A stretch of DNA of 37,364 nucleotides from a virus. The stretch lies in UHGV virus genome UHGV-0173475; one strand, written 5' to 3'. This document shows, piece after piece, positions 35,195 to 37,364 of the stretch. The notes below the pieces were generated by a model, which saw only the letters and a program-made list of their open reading frames with translations, was not told the origin of the DNA and did no database searches. The translations under genes and the position numbers were made by a program. Every line of letters starts with the position of its first letter. Within the stretch, counting starts at the first letter, position 1.

Positions 35195-35707
35195 TTATTG
35201 TTTTCCGAAAAGACGCCCAAGCCAGGCAGAATCAGCGCCGCCGCTATCGGGCTGTTTATCAAATCCGGGGAACACCCCCGCCGGCTTAGATGCCGGTTTA
35301 GCTTCTAGAAGGTGTTTTAGCTGCTCAAAATGCGCTAATAGTTCCTCTTGGGTGGTGCCACGTAGCACCGAAGCAGGGATTCCGCTGTCTTTAACTATTT
35401 CTTCTGCCCAAGCTTTCACCTGGTCACGCTGCTTATAGGCTGCGAGCTCTTTTTCTAGCTGCTCGGTTTTCTCGAAGCGTTTCTGCTCTTCGGTTTTGCT
35501 TGCTTCTTCGATTTCAGCTAGTTTTCGGGCAGCGTTTTTGTTAGCTTTCGCGCGTGCTTCCCACTTTTTGGCTAAACTTTTCCAATCCGTAGAATCCCCA
35601 CCATTCTGTTCGGGCGTGGATCCTGGTGGTGTCGGTTTCGGGGTCTGTGCATCCCCCTCAGCCTTATCAGTGGTTAGCGTGGTTTCAGGTGCGCCAATAT
35701 CGTGCAT
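35195..35707 (-). CDS. Capsid scaffolding protein
   Basis: DWKSLAKKWEARAKAN, coiled coil, GIPASVLRGTTQEEL. Confidence 0.88.
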   Translation of the reverse strand: MHDIGAPETTLTTDKAEGDAQTPKPTPPGSTPEQNGGDSTDWKSLAKKWEARAKANKNAARKLAEIEEASKTEEQKRFEKTEQLEKELAAYKQRDQVKAWAEEIVKDSGIPASVLRGTTQEELLAHFEQLKHLLEAKPASKPAGVFPGFDKQPDSGGADSAWLGRLFGKQ

Positions 35708-35739
35708 CTTTTCTCCTTAAATATTCCCGTGCGGGCAAT

Positions 35740-35766
35740 AAAAAACCCACCCTGTGCAGGGCGGGT
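35740..35766 (-). terminator. Intrinsic terminator after the MuF/immunity pair
   Basis: ACCCGCCCTG-CA-CAGGGTGGGT-TTTTT on the minus strand. Confidence 0.75.
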
Positions 35767-35792
35767 AAATCTTGAACTATGGCAGATATTGA

Positions 35793-36014
35793 TTAGTCGT
35801 TTTCTGGGAGACTATCTAACGCAGCCTTCCAGTTAGCGATTTTTTCGGCCACTCCTGGCTCGTCTCCAAGGAACAGGTCAATAAACAATAGAACTGAATC
35901 GACAAAGCCAGCCCCATCGCATTGTTCGTGACTATCTAGGAGCGCTATTTGGTCAGGGGTAGCGTGAGCTTCGAAGAACGCACGCGTAGAAGCGTAAAGC
36001 CCGTCGTAAGTCAT
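35793..36014 (-). CDS. Small acidic protein, candidate immunity protein for the EndoU toxin
   Basis: 73 aa; ATGA-coupled to the toxin gene and followed by a terminator. Confidence 0.62.
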   Translation of the reverse strand: MTYDGLYASTRAFFEAHATPDQIALLDSHEQCDGAGFVDSVLLFIDLFLGDEPGVAEKIANWKAALDSLPEND

Positions 36015-37231
36015 CGTTTTTCATCCACCAAGTAGCCGGTAACAGTTATATTATTATCCACAATAACACGCAACAGTCCTGCCTCGGTGTGGCGGTGCAA
36101 TATCTGCTTTTTGCCCCTAATGTCTTGATCTGGTTTATAGATAGTTTCGAGTATTTCGTGAGCGATTTTTTCCTTACTCCACTCTTCGGGGAATTCGGAG
36201 CCGTTATTGATCCACCCATATCCGTAAGCATGACCGCCTCTAAAGCGACTCGATTTTTTATCGTATTCCCCGTACAAAATGTGGTTCCACTTCTTGGCAT
36301 TCAGTTTCGGGGCATCTTTCGGCCAATCTGGCGGTGGCGTAGCAGGTACTACCGGTGGTAGTTTCACGATTTGCCCTTTAGGGAAATCAGTCGCAAAAAA
36401 CCGGTCTATAACTTTTTGTCGATACGTATTCCATACCTCAGCCGGGAGAGTGCCATCAGCTTTGCCTTTTCGTTTGCCCTGCCCAAACTTTGCAGAGTCA
36501 GAAAACGCTGCAGTGTCTGCCAGGCGCATACCTTTGAGAACATTCTCCGGAGTAGTAGGCTCACCGGTGCGTTCTGCAACTAGCCTTCCCCGCTCATACA
36601 AATCAAGATAAGGCGAAGGATCATAGCCCTTGATACTGCCCTTACCCCAATGTGGAATAATCCGGCAGTCGCAATCAGAGTGGAACTTCTCTTTATAACC
36701 GGCGGTTTCCTGCGTATGGTAAGCGAAACCACGGGAAGCCAGCATCACGCAAAATGCGCAGGTCTTCTTCCCGTAAGGGATACGTGCCCATCTTGGCTTG
36801 GACGGGTCGAACCGGATATTACGGCGCACGGTACGGCGCGCCCTCCGGGTCATTTCCCGCTCAAAATCAGGCGAAATCTTATCGAAAAGCGCCTGCGCTA
36901 GCCCATCCTGTCCTTGCTGGGTTTTAGCGGCATAAAACGCCGTATCCACATCCAGCCTGCCCCTAAGAGCAGAAATATCAGCTCGATCTACAATCGCCCG
37001 ATAATTCGCGTCAGGATGAATCTGTTCATACCACTGCGCCGCTGCCTCCGCAGCCACCAAACCATACTGATCCAAAAGCTCTGGAAGTAGCCGGTTCAAA
37101 AACTCTAAAAGCTCGATTTCGTCCACCAGTTCCGGCAGACCGTGTAAGCGATTTTTGAGTTCTTTTAGGGCTTTAGTTTTTAGGATGGCTTGCGTTTTGG
37201 AAAACCGGTTAGCATCCGACAGGGAGGTCAC
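36011..37231 (-). CDS. MuF-like minor capsid protein with C-terminal bacterial EndoU nuclease domain
   Basis: WARIPYGKKTCAFCVMLASRGFAY...FHSDCDCRIIP (MuF-like); HILYGE...GGH...SEFPEEWS...I (EndoU-like). Confidence 0.82.
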   Translation of the reverse strand: MTSLSDANRFSKTQAILKTKALKELKNRLHGLPELVDEIELLEFLNRLLPELLDQYGLVAAEAAAQWYEQIHPDANYRAIVDRADISALRGRLDVDTAFYAAKTQQGQDGLAQALFDKISPDFEREMTRRARRTVRRNIRFDPSKPRWARIPYGKKTCAFCVMLASRGFAYHTQETAGYKEKFHSDCDCRIIPHWGKGSIKGYDPSPYLDLYERGRLVAERTGEPTTPENVLKGMRLADTAAFSDSAKFGQGKRKGKADGTLPAEVWNTYRQKVIDRFFATDFPKGQIVKLPPVVPATPPPDWPKDAPKLNAKKWNHILYGEYDKKSSRFRGGHAYGYGWINNGSEFPEEWSKEKIAHEILETIYKPDQDIRGKKQILHRHTEAGLLRVIVDNNITVTGYLVDEKR

Positions 37232-37364
37232 TTCTCGACCTCACTAGCACCCTCCGCATTATCAGTATCGGGGCTTTCGGTTTCCGTTTTTTCGCTCTCA
37301 GTGCCACTGGTTAGGAGTTGCTGTATCAGCGTTGCCCCTTCAGCGCGTTTACGTTCACCCTGCA
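37228..37364 (-). CDS. Portal protein, 3' end (joins position 1 in frame)
   Basis: ...EIDR|LQGERKRAEGATLIQQLL...EVEK-stop; GTGA overlap with the MuF start. Confidence 0.85.
   Translation of the reverse strand, partial: QGERKRAEGATLIQQLLTSGTESEKTETESPDTDNAEGASEVEK

Larger units (their letters stand above)
1..37364. mobile_element. Complete temperate siphovirus genome (circular/excised prophage form), Actinobacterial host
   Basis: Full set of packaging, head, tail, lysis, integration, immunity and replication modules; portal ORF continues in frame from position 1 to 37364; intact attP. Confidence 0.93.

Noticed and set aside
35164..35262. 33-aa N-terminal extension of the major capsid ORF
   Set aside because: Overlaps the scaffold gene; ATG 35163 has a canonical AAGGAG RBS

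Overview
The window appears to be a complete, circularly permuted ~37.4 kb genome of a temperate siphovirus of an Actinobacterial host. The host call rests on a WhiB-like gene and actinophage-type head, tail and terminase proteins; Actinomycetaceae is only a guess. The portal gene reads in frame across the end/start junction, and an intact attP is present (core matching the 3' end of a tmRNA/tRNA-Ala, plus four arm-type repeats), consistent with an excised circle. Most genes are on the minus strand: cro, replication (Cas4-like nuclease, SSB-like protein, prim-pol/SF3 primase-helicase, SNF2 helicase, resolvase), a run of short helical proteins, WhiB, HNH-terS-terL-portal, MuF-EndoU plus candidate immunity gene, scaffold, capsid, head-tail, tail, tape measure, tail tip and lysis. 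The plus strand carries three islands: the cI/ImmA/HsdR_N-nuclease operon and two small cassettes that each end in an HTH gene and have palindromic operators over their promoters. The most notable features are a C11 homopolymer that frameshifts the last tail-tip gene (candidate phase variation), a type-I-toxin-like peptide/antisense/HTH cassette beside the packaging operon, a MuF-EndoU toxin-immunity pair, a tandem array of partly paralogous helical proteins, and an iteron origin embedded in the helicase coding sequence.
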